Assembly (NCBI RefSeq): GCF_006345805.1
Contig: NC_043008.1
Coordinates: forward strand, 25,296,001-25,360,000
Direction: 5' to 3'
DNA from: Octopus sinensis
Lineage: Eukaryota
Length of the DNA: 64,000 bases
A program made the translations under genes and the position numbers. Shown here one piece after another: positions 24,593 through 37,559 of the stretch. The notes beneath the pieces were generated by a model. It saw only the letters and a program-made list of their open reading frames with translations, made no database searches and was not told where the DNA came from. The number at the start of each line of letters is the position of its first letter. The first letter of the stretch is position 1.

Positions 24593-24989
24593 TCTATATA
24601 TATATAAGAGAGGTTGTGTGGTGTCTGTCTCCTACGATTTAGATTCCTAACTACTCCCACATTTTGTGGTCCAGTGTAACCAAAAGCGGGTATCTTATAG
24701 TCGTGATTCATATCGAGCCCTTCTGGGTATTAGCGTGCATCTACGATGAGTCTATGATTTAAAAAAAAATTTACCATAATTTTTCCGCATTTTTAATGCA
24801 TTTTCGTTCGGTTTATATAAGGGAAGTAACTCTCTAAAAATGTATTAAATCTCAGAACATAAAAAGCTATAGTAACACCCCCCCTTTGTGGTTAGCCATA
24901 TTGAGATGGCTATTATACTTTACATCTCTAAAAATGCTTATATAGATATTTCCCTTACAAACCCAAGCAAAGCCGGGTGATACTGCTAG
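24593..24989 (+). mobile_element. Non-autonomous Helitron (~400 bp)
   Basis: A|TCTATATATATAAG start; subterminal imperfect hairpin ACCCAAGCAAAGCCGGGT (24961-24978); CTAG|T end; inserted between A and T. Confidence 0.75.
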
Positions 24990-25078
24990 TTTTGTTTATT
25001 ATATTAATAAATTTTATTTCTATGTTTTGGTTTATGTTTTTCACTGTTTGATTTGCCTAATAGTGGTTTTATCTCTAA

Positions 25079-25132
<54 letters not shown>

Positions 25133-25574
25133 GCACAACACACACACACATGTGTATATGTTGGATGACCAACAAATTGTGAGTGAAATTTGCTACATGG
25201 AAATTGTGAGAGGAAGCACCAGGAGAAGCAGTGTTTCATAGTGGCAGATGCATAGATATATATGATGCCCTGACCAATGCAATGAAAGGTTTCCCACCTC
25301 TTTATGATTCTAGAAAACCAAAGTCTTGACTTTTACTTGGGATATAGAAAATACTTGCATATCAAATTGCATATTGACAAACATGCAATGAGTTTGACTG
25401 GATCCATAATTCGGCAGTATGGTGTCAAAGACAGGTTGTTACCAAGCAAAATATACCCCTTTTCACATTAATGATGGATCAGAGAGAGAATTAAAAGCAG
25501 CTTTAATAATGTATGCATTATCAATATCACATACTTATATAATGTGTTGGTGTATCTCATGCAACATGGTTGGA

Positions 25575-26157
25575 TTATAGTAAAATAACAGGATAACTCT
25601 ATTAGAGGAAGATAAGAGAAAACAAAATAAAGTAAAACAATATAAAATATATTATAGGTTGTAGAGTACAAGAAAATTTAATCTTCTGTAATAGGTTGAT
25701 GGGGTTGATGGATATAAAACTTTTTAAAAAGTTCATACACATAAAGGTTCATGGATATGAAAGTTTAAGGCTATTTAAAATGTTTGTGGATATAGACGTA
25801 GGTATAAAAGTAGTTATGTAAATAAATGGATTAGACAGACAAATAGATGAGTCAATAGATAAGTAGATAGATGAATAGATAGAAAGATAGTTTTACCCCC
25901 AAATCTGTTGTGTGATCTGGAGTGAGCCTTGTTGCTGGGTGTTATAGCTTATTTACTCAGTGCTTTTGAATCGATGAATCTTCATCAGATTTTTTTAATC
26001 TTTATTTTCTGCTCTCAAGTTTGAAGAACCTTCGTTTTGAAAGCACTTACTAAATAAGCTATAACACACAGCAACAAGGCACCCTGAAGATCACATGTAG
26101 GATAAATTATCCTCCTATCTACCTATTGAACTATCTATCTATCCCCCTATCAATATG

Positions 26158-26224
<67 letters not shown>

Positions 26225-26241
26225 GTCTATCTATCTATCTG

Positions 26242-26280
<39 letters not shown>

Positions 26281-26735
26281 GCCTGCCAGCCAACAAACCA
26301 ACCAACCAACCAATCAACCAACCAAACTGCCTAGCTCTCCATCTATCAAGCTATCTATCAATCAGTCTATATGTCTCTCTATCTAGCTATCAACCCATCT
26401 ATATCTACCTAACTACTTTTATACTTATATCTATTTCTACAAAACTTTTATATACCCTAAAACTTTTAAAGCTTTACATCCATAAACCTTTAAAGCTTTT
26501 ATATATACAACTTTTAAAGAATTTTTTATATCCAACAACTTATTACAGATTGAACCACCTTTGTACTCTACAACCTTTATTGTATTTTATATTGTTTTAT
26601 TTTTATTCTATTTTATCTTCCTGCTTTCATTGTATCTTTTCCATTTTACGTTATTCCATTTATATTTTTTATTTTCTCTCATCTTCTTCCCTGCCTGTCT
26701 TACTAATGTTGTTACCCTGTTATTTTTCTAAAAAC
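25575..26735. repeat. Diverged fold-back element with GATA/TATC-rich arms
   Basis: AATATAAAATA...GGTTGTAGAGTACAA (~25640) mirrors TTGTACTCTACAACC...TATTTTATATTG (~26562-26594); inner arms CCTTGTTGCTGGGTGTTATAGCTTATTTA (25927) and TAAATAAGCTATAACACACAGCAACAAGG (26050). Confidence 0.75.
26130..26320 (+). repeat. (ATCT)n then (AACC)n microsatellites
   Basis: Direct reading. Confidence 0.95.
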
Positions 26736-26924
26736 TTACTGTATGTATTTTGAGAATGTGCTCATTACCCGTGGGTTAGCATCTGGATATTGATATTGTG
26801 CTGTTTTTGCTGCTCTTTGAACAGCTAGTGAGCACATAACATACTAGAGTACCACAGCTAATGAGCTCATAATCACAACACATACAGCAAGTATATGACA
26901 TCAAAAGTGCTTACATTATTAGAG

Positions 26925-27314
26925 CTCTCTTTTACTTGTTTCAGTCATTTGACTGTAGCCATGTTGGGGTACCGCCTTTTAGTCAAGCAAATTGACCCTA
27001 GGACTTATTCTTTGTAAGCCTAGTACTTATTCTATCGGTCTATTTTGCTGAACTGCTAAGTTACGGGGACGTAAACATGCCAGCATCAGTTGTCAAGCGA
27101 TGGTGGGGGGACAAACACAGACACACAATCATATACACACATATATAGATATATATGATGGACTTCTTTCAGTTTCCATCTACCAAATCCACTCACAAGG
27201 CTTTGGTCAGCCCGAGGCTATAGTAGAAGACACTTGACCAAGGTGCCATGCAGTGGGATTGAACCTGGAACCATGTGGTTGGTAAGCAAACTACTTACCA
27301 CATAGCCATTCCTA
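26925..27314 (-). mobile_element. tRNA-derived SINE (full length)
   Basis: Co-linear with 19373-19791. Confidence 0.85.
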
Positions 27315-27744
27315 CGGCCATGTTTATAATTCAAAATTTTATTTTATTTTACCTGTGCAATGTTGTTGCAATCAGCAGATAAACTCTATTTTCATATATG
27401 CCTGAGATTGGTGATTGTAGTTTGTCCTGAGGTGACTTAAGCACATGATGTCGAAGAGCTGTAAAAACAGCAAAATATCAATATCCATCATCTTTGATTT
27501 TTCTACAAGGTGAGTTGTCTCATCTGATGTATTCAATGCTTTCCAACACTTGGTATCTTAAAGGGATTTTTCTCTTTGTCACTATTCTGCAGCTAATGAC
27601 TGTATAATCAAAGTACATACATTATGTGTCATCAGTAATGGTTATATGTGTGTGTGCATGAAATTAAGATTTGGAATAAAATATCTAAGTGCCTATATCT
27701 ACAAAAAGAAAGAAAAAATTAAATTACAGTTGGCAACTGTAAAT

Positions 27745-28160
27745 AGGCGCAGGAGTGGCTGTGTGGTAAGTAGCTTGCTTACCAACCACATGGTTCTGGG
27801 TTTAGTCCCACTGCGTGGCACCATGGGCAAGTGTCTTCTACTATAGCCTTGGGCCAACCAAAGCCTTGTGAGTGGATTTGATAGATGGAAACTGATAGAA
27901 GCCCGTCGTATATATATATATATATATACATATATATGTGTGTGTGTGTATATGTTTGTGTGTCTGTGTTTGTCCCCTCCAACATAGCTTGACAACCGAT
28001 GCTGGTGTATTTACATCTCCGTAACTTAGCAGTTCAGCACAAGAGACTGATGGAATAAGTGCTAGGCTTACAAAGACTAAGTCCTGGGGCTGATTTGCTT
28101 GACTAAAGGCAGTGTTCCAGCATGGCCACAGTCAAATGACTGAAACAAGTTAAAAAAAAA
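27745..28160 (+). mobile_element. tRNA-derived SINE (full length)
   Basis: AGGCGCAGGAGTGGCTGTGTGGTAAGTAGC...CAGTCAAATGACTGAAACAAG; reverse complement of the 19373 and 26925 copies. Confidence 0.85.
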
Positions 28161-28530
28161 TACTAATGACAAAGTTTTAATATTGTAAACATCTGTTAGT
28201 ACTTCTAATCAGTCTTTTTCAAATCTTTAATATTTTAATTTTTTACTTAGAGAGAAATGAGAAGCTCACACTTTTTTCAAAGAAGTTGGATATTACTTCA
28301 TTAAATCCAATTATAGTTTGGAGTTATGTTCATAGATAATTTCTAAAATCATATTCCAGATATGAATATTAGCCTTATAGCCATTATTTCTATTTACATG
28401 ATTTGGTAACTTCTACCAGAAGGAAATAATCAAAGGTTGTGTGTGTCTCTATGGTATGAGGATGTCTCCTCTAAGCCATTAAGGACATAATTAAGAATAT
28501 TACAGAAAATTGTATTTTTATGCAATTTAG

Positions 28531-28572
28531 CTACGACAAGTGATTATAGTGAAGTCCATCTCTCTCCAAGTG
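28531..28572 (+). CDS. Candidate 42-nt phase-1/1 exon encoding an ITIM-like motif
   Basis: TTTTTATGCAATTTAG acceptor, GTATGA donor; frame TTSDYSEVHLSPS. Could be chance. Confidence 0.2.
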
Positions 28573-29494
28573 GTATGAAACTGAACAGTGCAAGCTAATT
28601 AAATATTTATCAATCCACATGGTTGTCATAACGATATGTTCTGCCTAGTCTATCTAAAACTATGTGAATGAGCCCTCTAGGTGTTAAAGATTTTAACTAA
28701 ATACATAACCAGAGTATCAGGGGCCAGATACAAAGTGCTGACCTTTGAAGTAACTTCAGGTTCCTATTGATTTATAATACATTCTTTCTTTGGGCAATGT
28801 ATCAGTCCACAAAAATATAAATCATTGTGTTAGAAATTAAATCTTATTTTGCAAATAATGTTTTCTAAGCTCACTTCTAAACTCAAACACATGCAATCAC
28901 ACACACACACACACACACACACATGAAATAGCATAGCAAGGGTCTCAATGAATCATCTCAGGGTTTCTCAACACCAGTCATCAGGCAACTGGTTAAAAAG
29001 TTTTTGAAGCTTGTTTATATAAACTGGTTGCAGTTATGCAGTTTTATGCGATAACAATTTGGTTGGAAACTATAGATTCCATACATCTAATTATTAATAC
29101 ATAAAAAAAGTGAAATATTTCTTTAGAAAATAAATTTACATATTCTGTGATGAACTTAGAAAAATTCATAAATATATAATGTATAAAAATTAGGAAAGGA
29201 AAAGATATCTTTCTGTAATTAACATATAAGTTCTGAGAAGCAAGAAAATTATTTTAACAATGTAGAAAGTGAATGAAATATATTATTTTGTTTATAGGCA
29301 TGTATAAATAACAGAATGAGTAGAATGAGTAAATAAATAAATTTATCTCATATATTAAACTACATTTGACTCTTTATAGCAAGAAGGATATCTAAAAATG
29401 TAAATATTTTAGCTTAAATGATTATAGTTTATGGGTATACAAGTGTTTGGGTATCCTGTAGTGAAATCAAAATGCACACTTACATATGTATAAG

Positions 29495-29745
29495 GCACAA
29501 GTATAGATTTGTAGTATGAAGATTTCTTCCTAGCCACATGATTCCAGGTTCAGTCCTAGTGTGCGGTACTTTGAGCAAGTGTCTTTTACTGTAGCCTCAT
29601 AATGTACATTGTAGGCAAAAGATATTTGAAATATTTGAATAAAATCCAGGCTTGATAAATAAGTACTGGGGTCAATTCACTTGACTAAAACTTTTCAAAG
29701 TGCTCCAGCATGCCCACAGTCCAGTGACTGAAACATATAAAAGAT
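29495..29745 (+). mobile_element. tRNA-derived SINE, decayed/composite
   Basis: CCAGGTTCAGTCC...GAGCAAGTGTCTTTTACTGTAGCC, then ATAAGTACTGGGGTCAAT...CCAGTGACTGAAAC tail. Confidence 0.6.
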
Positions 29746-29944
29746 AAGCGATATGTATGCATGTAAGTGTATGTATGTATGTATGTATGTATGTATGTAT
29801 GTATGTATGTATGCATGCATGCATGTATGTATTTGTGGCATTTCCGTTATAATTGCAATGCATGCCTGAAACTTTAGAGTAAAAAAAACAACAAAATATG
29901 GCAGAAGCCACAAAAAGAAATTAGTTTTACAATAGAAAACAACT

Positions 29945-31070
29945 CTGGGTTAGAAAGAAAATCTTGTCACATTTTTGACATGATCTCATCGAGAGTAATT
30001 TTCAATTCATACACAAAAATTTGCATTAATTTTTATATTCAAATATTTTTTCTTCCTTTTCTGATTAATTTATACTAGAGTGGTTAAATACATATTGATT
30101 TTATTCTTTCAAAATTGATTTAGACCAGACACTACATGCTTTTTGGATTCAAAAGAGACAGTTTAGCAATAGAAGTGGCAAGAAATATTTGTACTGTCAA
30201 CAAAAATGTAGCTTTGATTGTTTAGACATGCTAGCAATGACTTGACCAATTTCCTTCCCAGTGTTTTTCTCTTACAGATTACTCTTGCTGTGGATGACCA
30301 AGTTCTGTCGGTATTAAGCTTCTGAAAACCATAGCTGAGGAAAATTCCAAGCAAACTGCATGAGAGTTAGCAGGACACATGTTTAAACTTGGTCAAACTG
30401 CTTCTCAGAGTTGCCCCCTGCTCATCATTGAATAGTAGACTTACTGCAGAACCTCTCCTGGTTAAAACTATCACAAGTAATGAAAAGTGAGTTCTCTATA
30501 TCATATCCAATAAAAATGACGATGGTTAAGACCACATGGAAAAGGAGGATTCATCCCCACACCAGAACTATACACTTATAAATTAATGCTCTGTGTTTGG
30601 TTGTCAATCATGGAGTGTTAAACCAAAATGAAACTGTTAATTTAGGGAAGTCTAGTGGTCAATTGGAAGCGTTGCACAAAACTTTCCAGAAAAAGCACCC
30701 ATCATTGGTCAGTTTAAAAGGGGTGTTAATCTTACTCAATAATGTAAGTTAATACATTGCCTAAGTCACCCAGAAAAGGATGGCACTAAATGTAGAAGCT
30801 TTTTTCTTATCCTCCTTATTCTCCTGACCTTGATCTATCTTTTCAGATCACTGCAACAATATATAAAGGAAAAACAAATTGTAAAGAAGTTAAAAAAATG
30901 ATATTGAGTGTTTCTTTGCTTTGAAAGCTGAAGGATCAACAATTTGCCAAATAGATGTGATTATGTTATCAATAATGAAGGGAAATATTATCTTGAGTAA
31001 ATATCTCAAATAAAACTCAAGAAGCATTTGTTTTTTTCTTTTCCAGTAACTGGATTTTTTTCCAACCTAA
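29945..31070 (+). mobile_element. Decayed mariner transposon
   Basis: EVARNICTV near 30175, YPPYSPDL near 30808, right TIR TTTTCCAACCTAA|TA ending at 31070. Confidence 0.75.
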
Positions 31071-31559
31071 TACAACCAATAATTCATTATCATTTTAACC
31101 TTTTAAATTACTGTTTTGGTGTTTGAAGTTATTTTCTCGTTTCTTTGGGTGGATTAATAAATAAGAGGCTTAACTTCCATCCTGTTGGCTAGTACTAATT
31201 TAATACTCATAGTCAATGGCACTGAATTTTCTCCAGTATATTGAAACAATTTTATCTTCTGTCTTTTAAGGAGAGGAAATGTATTGTTGATGATGGAAGG
31301 CCTATTTCCATTGACATTAAACTTAATGAAAATAAACAAAAGAAAGATGCATGAGAAAGTTTTTCTCAGAACTACATGTAACTTACAAATAGTCATGTAG
31401 AAATATTTCTGATAATAAATTGTACTGCCAGCAATGTCTACCATTTTCAAATGAAAATTCAGTTTGGAGTTCTGTAAATAAAAAAATATGACAATTTAAA
31501 TAACTTGCGTGGTGCAATCACTCACCGTGAACAGTCAGTTATCTGTATATAAATCTCTG

Positions 31560-32470
31560 TTGATTTTAAACTACTTGGAAAAGCAGGTAGAATCGATTTA
31601 GTGCTTGACAAGCAGAAAGCATTTGCTATTAGTGAACAATATGGAATTGGGGGTTTGTGCTCTTGATAAAAGTGAGTTATTTGAAGATAGGGGTAACTAT
31701 ACTGAGTTAACCTTCTGCATCACCGAAGTTGATGAATAATTGCAAAAGCCTTTAAAAATAAAACTGCTCCTGTTTTGAAAGGGTTGTCAACAACTATTCA
31801 GAACAATCTAATCCATTCACTTACTACCATTCTTCAGGGCCAAATTAAAAAAGAGATTACAGAATTAATGTATATTGCTATTTTAATAGATGAAGCTTCT
31901 GACATAAGTTGCTTGTCTCAGCTGTCATTTACTGTGCACTATGTTGACAGAAATGGACAAATTTGGGAAAGATTTTTAAGGTTCCCTGACATTAGTGAAG
32001 ATAGAAGTGGTCAGGCTAGCTTATATTCAGCTTTAAATAATTTGGACGAGTTAGGCATTCTAAAAAATTAGTTTCTCAAACATATGATGGCACTACTATT
32101 ATGGCAAGCATCTTTAATGATGCTCAGGCAATAATTAAGTGAGTAGGTGGGGAGAGAGAAAGAGAGAGAGAGGCTATTTTTTGTACTGTTATGTCTGACA
32201 GATTCATCATGTTTTAAGTCTTGGTTGCAATAAACTTCTTTTTATATCATCACGTTTAGCAGCTCCACAAAGTTAACGTCTTTACTTGATAATTATGTGG
32301 GGAAACACTTTCTAAATCCTGGTCCAATACGATGGAACTATTCGTTTCATTTGGCTGCATCTGTGAGATAGAACACAATACATAAACAATCTGTTTGATG
32401 GAAATTCTTAAAAACTTTGATGGCAAAGTGAAAAATGCTGTAAGAGGATTTTCAATTGGTCTCAAAAGAT
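31560..32470 (+). mobile_element. hAT transposase relic (ZMYM1/DUF4371-like)
   Basis: ORF 31775-32071 STTIQNNLI...IAILIDEASDIS..SQLS....YVD...IWERFLRF, continued after a frameshift by LVSQTYDG. Confidence 0.85.
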
Positions 32471-32598
32471 TTGGAAATTGCACACACACACACACGTATG
32501 TACAGAATAATTTGAAGTGACAAGACTGAGTTGGAACCAGTATTATTTGCTTTATTCTTTGTAGTTATGTAAGAAAATGCCTTTTGTTGATGTTACAG

Positions 32599-32657
32599 AA
32601 GATACCCATGTGGAATATTACACTACTGTTGATATTTTGAATCAGCCACATCTTTAA
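32599..32657 (+). CDS. Candidate terminal exon, phase-compatible with 28531-28572
   Basis: CCTTTTGTTGATGTTACAG acceptor; frame (E)DTHVEYYTTVDILNQPHL-stop. Could be chance. Confidence 0.2.
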
Positions 32658-32926
32658 AGAAAAAAAAATTGTTTCATGCTATCAGGAACTTGCACTTTGC
32701 TGGTATCTCTGATCAGCTTGTCCATTCTCTCAAAGATATTCAACAGATGGTCAAATTAATTTGCTGCAGCACTCAGATCTTTTGGTTTTGTCCATAAGCA
32801 TAAAAACAAGAAAGCATCTGTTTTGATTGCATCCGGTCAGCATATAATCCAGAGCCTATCTTCAGAAAGTATACTGAATCTAAAAATCTTAACTGTCAAT
32901 GCTTTCACTTACCTTGGTTCCACAGT

Positions 32927-35157
32927 CATCAACATCATCATCATCATTTAACGTTCGTTGTCCATCCTGGCATGAGGTGGACAGTTTGACCAGGTTGGCT
33001 TGCTGGAAGGATGCACCAGACTCCAGTTTCATTTGGCATGGTTTTCTATGGTTAGATGCCCTTCCTAATGCCAACCACCAGCATGGGTGCCATTTATGTG
33101 ACACCAGTATCTACCTTAACTGTGATTTTGCTCGACTTTATGTGTCTTTTTCTCAAGCATGACCTAATGCCTCCTTGAAGCCCAACACTCAAAAAGAACT
33201 CAGCCACTTTGCCTCCATGAGGCCCAATGCTCGAAAGGTGTTCTTTTCGTGCCACCAGCATGGGTTCCAGTCACCACGGCTATGATTTCACGTGACAGGT
33301 CCTCTCAAGCAAGCACATCACCAAAGTCTCAGTCACTAGTCATTGCCTCTGTGAGGCTCATAGTTTGAAAATCATGCTTCACCACATTGTCCCATGTCTT
33401 CCTGGATCTATCTCTACTACAGGTTCCCTCTACAATTAGAGATTGGCACTTCTTTACACAACTGTCCTCGTCCATATGCATCATATGATCATACCAGTGC
33501 AGTCGTCTCCCTTGCCCATCACATCTGATGCATCTTATGTCTGACTTTTCTCTCAAGATGCTTACATTTTGTTGAACATGCACACTGACATTACACATTC
33601 AGCAAAACATACTGGCTTCTTTTCTTTCAGGCCTACACATGTCCCCAGCTATCACAGCCCATGTTTCACTGCCATGCAGCATAACTGTTCTCGCACAGGC
33701 ATCAAACAATCTGCCTTTCACTCTGCGAGAGATGCCCTTTGTTGCCAGCAGGGGTAGGAGCTCTCTGAACTTTACCCAGCCTAATCTTATCATAGCTATG
33801 CTCTTGGGGCATCCACCTAGATAACAGAAGCTACATACTACCACTAGCTTTCCCCCTGACAGTTGATGGAGTCTATTTTCTTCACATTTACACTGTTTAT
33901 TGTACCTGTGCATCTTCCACACACAAAAGCTAGTTTCCCTATTAACCTTTCTCTGATATTGCTGCACCTCTCATGTGTCCAAGGCTTACACCGAGTGCAT
34001 CTTATGGAGTTGCTACCTACACGTTTTCTACAGATTGAGCAGGGCCGTCTACCTGAAGGGATTTGTGATTTTTCTGCCTTCTTACTTACTAAGACTTTGG
34101 TTTTTGCTAGGTTAACTCTAAGGCCCCTCGATTCTAGACTTTGCTTCTATACCTGGAACTTCTTCTCTAGTTCAGGTAGTGATTCAGCTATAAGAGTAAG
34201 CTCATCATCATAGAGGAGCTCCCAGGGGCAGCCTGTCTTGAATTCCACTGTTATTACCTAGAAGACTATGATGAACAAGTGGGGGCTGAGCACCAATCCT
34301 TGGTGAACCCCAACTTGTACCCTGAATTCTTCACTGTACTCATTGCCAACCCTCACCCTACTTGTATCATCCCTGTACATAGCTTGTACATCTCTTACCA
34401 ACCACTCATTTATCCCTAGTTTCTGCATTGACCACCAGATAACAGATCTGGGGATCCTGTCAAAGACTTTCTCCAAGTCAACAAAGACCAAGTACAGAGA
34501 TTTATCTTTAGCTATGTATTTCTCCTGTAGCTGCCTTACCAGAAATATAACATCAGTGGTGCTTCTCCCGGGCACAGAATCAAACTGCATCTCATCTAAG
34601 CTAACTCTCTCCCTAATTAGTTGAGCTATGACTCTCTTTGTAACTTTCATCACCTGATCCAGAGATTTGATACCTCTGTAATTATTTCTGTCTAAGGCAT
34701 CACCTTTACTTTTGTAGCAGTTGACTATGGTGCTGCTACACCAGGCATTGGTTATGACTCCTTCATGAACCACCTGATTTGCAATATGGGTGACTAGACC
34801 ATAACCCACACCACCAGATATTTTAAGCATCTCAGTGGTGATTCATGATGGGTCAAGGGCTTTTCCTGTCTTCATATCATTAATTGCTTTATCTACCAGG
34901 GAACTGTCAATTTGGGTAGACGGTCCTTCAGTTGGTTCACCATTTGACAGACTCTCCTCCTCTCACTCATTCTTTTATGTTCAGCAGTCTTTCATAATGG
35001 CATATCCACGCCTCTTTCTTTGAAGAATCATTACATGCAAGCGCACCACCATCCATATGGACATATTTTTCTCCTATGACATCACGATTTTCTCTCACAC
35101 ACTGACTTGCAATCCAAAACACTACAGTTCTTTGCTCCTCACAATTCTAAACAAAGG

Positions 35158-35188
<31 letters not shown>

Positions 35189-36325
35189 GTTTAATGTCCA
35201 CTTTCCATGCTAGCATGGGTTGGGCGATTTGACTGAGGGCTGGCGAACCAGATAGCTGCACCAGGCTACTATCTTGATTTGGCAGAGTTTCTACAGCTGG
35301 ATGCCCTTCCTAACGCCAACCACTCTGAGAGCGTAGTGGGTGCATTTTACATGCCACCGGCACGGGGCCCAGTCAGGCGGTACTGGCAACGACCTCGCTC
35401 GAATCTTTTACACATGCCACCTGCACAGGTCCCAGTAAGGCGACTTTGGTAACGATCATGCTCAAATGGTGCCAAAGTCTTTAATATAATATAACAACAT
35501 GATTATGGAGTTAACTAAACAGAAATTCAGTAATTCAGGAAGTGTGTTTATAGAATAAGAACTGGATGCCCAACTATCCTCATTGTCATATCTGGCACTG
35601 TCATCAACATTCTTGATGAGAATTTGCACCAGCCACAGATTTGGTCTGTGGCATTCAGCAAGCTCTCCCTCATGAATCCCCAGTTGTCCTCTATATCACA
35701 AGTCTGTAGCTCCTCCTCCCCTTCATCAAATTTCTCAGTTAGGATGTCCCTAAATCTCTGACCATATGAAGGGTCCTTAAGCTTCCAAATCTTTCTTTAC
35801 CAGATTGATTTACTTCTTAGCATCCTTCTGGCCTGGAGTCTAAAGTCATTAATGACTAGTGTATGCTGGGGGAGGGGTACATCCTTCACCAGGGAGGCTT
35901 TTTGTATGTAGGAGCAACCATGTATCCCGCTGTCTGGTGAGAATGGATAGCAGGGACACCAGATTGGTTGGTTATGGGATGGCTGGCTGGCTTCTTGAAG
36001 TTGATGTTGCAGATCAAAAGGTTATTTGCATCACAGAACTCCAGTAGCCTTGTTCCCTCTTCGTTTCAGGAGCTAATTTCATGCCCCCCATCACACCCTG
36101 GAAGATATCAGGCTGCTGTCCAACATGCCTGTTGAAATTCCTAGCCATGAAGAGATCATTGTCACTCATCTTTGAGGTAGCCTTCAGCAGAATATCATAA
36201 AAGTGGTCCTTCTGTTCATTTGGTAGGCCTGCTTGAGGGGCATAGACAGAGATAATTGTCACTACACTACTCTGTAAGACTAGCCTAAGCTTAAGCACTC
36301 TATCACACACTCTGACTACATGTAA
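32927..36325 (-). mobile_element. Decayed RTE-clade LINE (APE endonuclease to 3' tail), interrupted at ~35155-35590
   Basis: APE motif IISVYAPQAGL (36014-36370), RT fragment 34258-34830, C-terminal fragments 33329-33967, CATCATCAT tail at ~32930; same family as 47651-50840. Confidence 0.9.
35155..35475 (-). mobile_element. Younger RTE 3'-end fragment nested in the older RTE copy
   Basis: (CAT)n followed by CGTTTAATGTCCACTTTCCATGCTAGCATGGG and about two 3' UTR repeat units. Confidence 0.8.
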
Positions 36326-36590
36326 TGTGATTTTAAAAGTTAATGAAAAATTTAAAGAAATATAAACCACAAAAGTTATTTTAACTCAAAATACACGTTA
36401 GCATCACATGTAAGCAAATTAGATAAGAGAATAATGAGCAATTAAGAGATCGAGAAATTTCTTAAACTTAGCCGGACATTTTGTGTGATATGATAGAATC
36501 AACATACAGTGGAGCAGGAATGTGTGACTTTGGAAAACCAGAGAGTTCTTTAAATAGTTTACAACTGGAAGTTGCCTGCATCACCGTCAC

Positions 36591-36730
36591 AAACAAGCAA
36601 TGGCCAGCATTGACATCGCGAACAAGCAATGGCCAGCATCACTACAAGCAAACAATGGCCAGCATTATCATTATGAACAAACAATGGCCAGCATTGCCAT
36701 CATGAACAAGCAATGGCCAGCATTGCCATA
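36591..36730 (+). repeat. Minisatellite, 5 units of ~26-29 bp (AACAAGCAATGGCCAGCATT core)
   Basis: Units start at ~36591, 36620, 36646, 36675 and 36704. Confidence 0.9.
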
Positions 36731-36854
36731 CACATGAGATACAGAGAGAGGTAGCTGTAAGGGACTTGAGGCCTTTAGTAAGGTGAGGATCATAGCAAAG
36801 TATGGAAACACAAGGGATATGTAACACAATTCAAAAAGTTATGACAAATGAAAA

Positions 36855-37430
36855 TTAAGCTTGATAAAGAGATTGAAGCACGTACAAGAAAAGCAAGCAC
36901 AAATTTTGGCAAGTTATGAGAGGATTTGGAATGCTTTGGAATGCTTCAATTAAGGCAAAAATTGAAATATATAAAATGATTATTCTAACTTCTCTCTTAT
37001 ATGAGGCAGAATCTTGGACACCTTATCGAAGGCTATTCAACTGCTTGATGTGTTTATCAAAAGCATATCGATCAATTAAATAGCTTTCAAATGAGTTGCC
37101 TGAAATGAATATGCAACATCTAATGGGATGACAGAGTGAAGAACAGCGATATTCAGTGAATGTGATATATCCTTAGAATTGAAGCTTTCCTGAGTAGGGC
37201 TCATCTGAGGTAGTTTGGTCATGTTTTATGAATGTGCAATGATAGAATACCAAAGCAAGTCTTTTAGGGCAAATTGAAAATATTCAGTGGAGTGTTGGTA
37301 GATCACTACTATTGTATAATGACAAATTAAGGGATAATTGAAAATGCCTGAATATGAGTGTGTAATTCTGAGGATGTTGCTACAAGCAATAGGATTGGAG
37401 TAGTCAACATTGTGCAAAATTTACAAACTT
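36855..37430 (+). mobile_element. RTE/BovB-like LINE 3' coding relic
   Basis: LDKEIEARTRKASTNFGKL and IKAKIEIYKMIILTSLLYEAESWTPYRR read across frameshifts. Confidence 0.75.
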
Positions 37431-37559
37431 CAAAGCAGTGTCATTCTTCATAGTATGCTGTGTAAAAAAAACAAACAAACTATATCACTAAACTTTTTAA
37501 TATCTTGCAAATTATAATTGCCCTGATTGAGATTTTGTAGCCAGGTAAAATGTTAACAT

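Noticed and set aside
25960-25990. Hammerhead at the centre of the 25.6-26.7 kb fold-back
   Set aside because: An exact CTGATGA is present on the minus strand, but stem II is at most 2-3 bp and is followed by GAT rather than GAA, with no stem III or stem I; kept only as a hint.
27447-27515. ATG-initiated mini-exon ending at AAG|GTGAGT
   Set aside because: It overlaps a short inverted-repeat arm, has an in-frame stop just upstream and has no supporting partner exon.
36591-36730. Possible mini-CRISPR (constant core with variable linkers)
   Set aside because: The linkers are only ~13-16 bp and related to each other; eukaryotic context; ordinary minisatellite.
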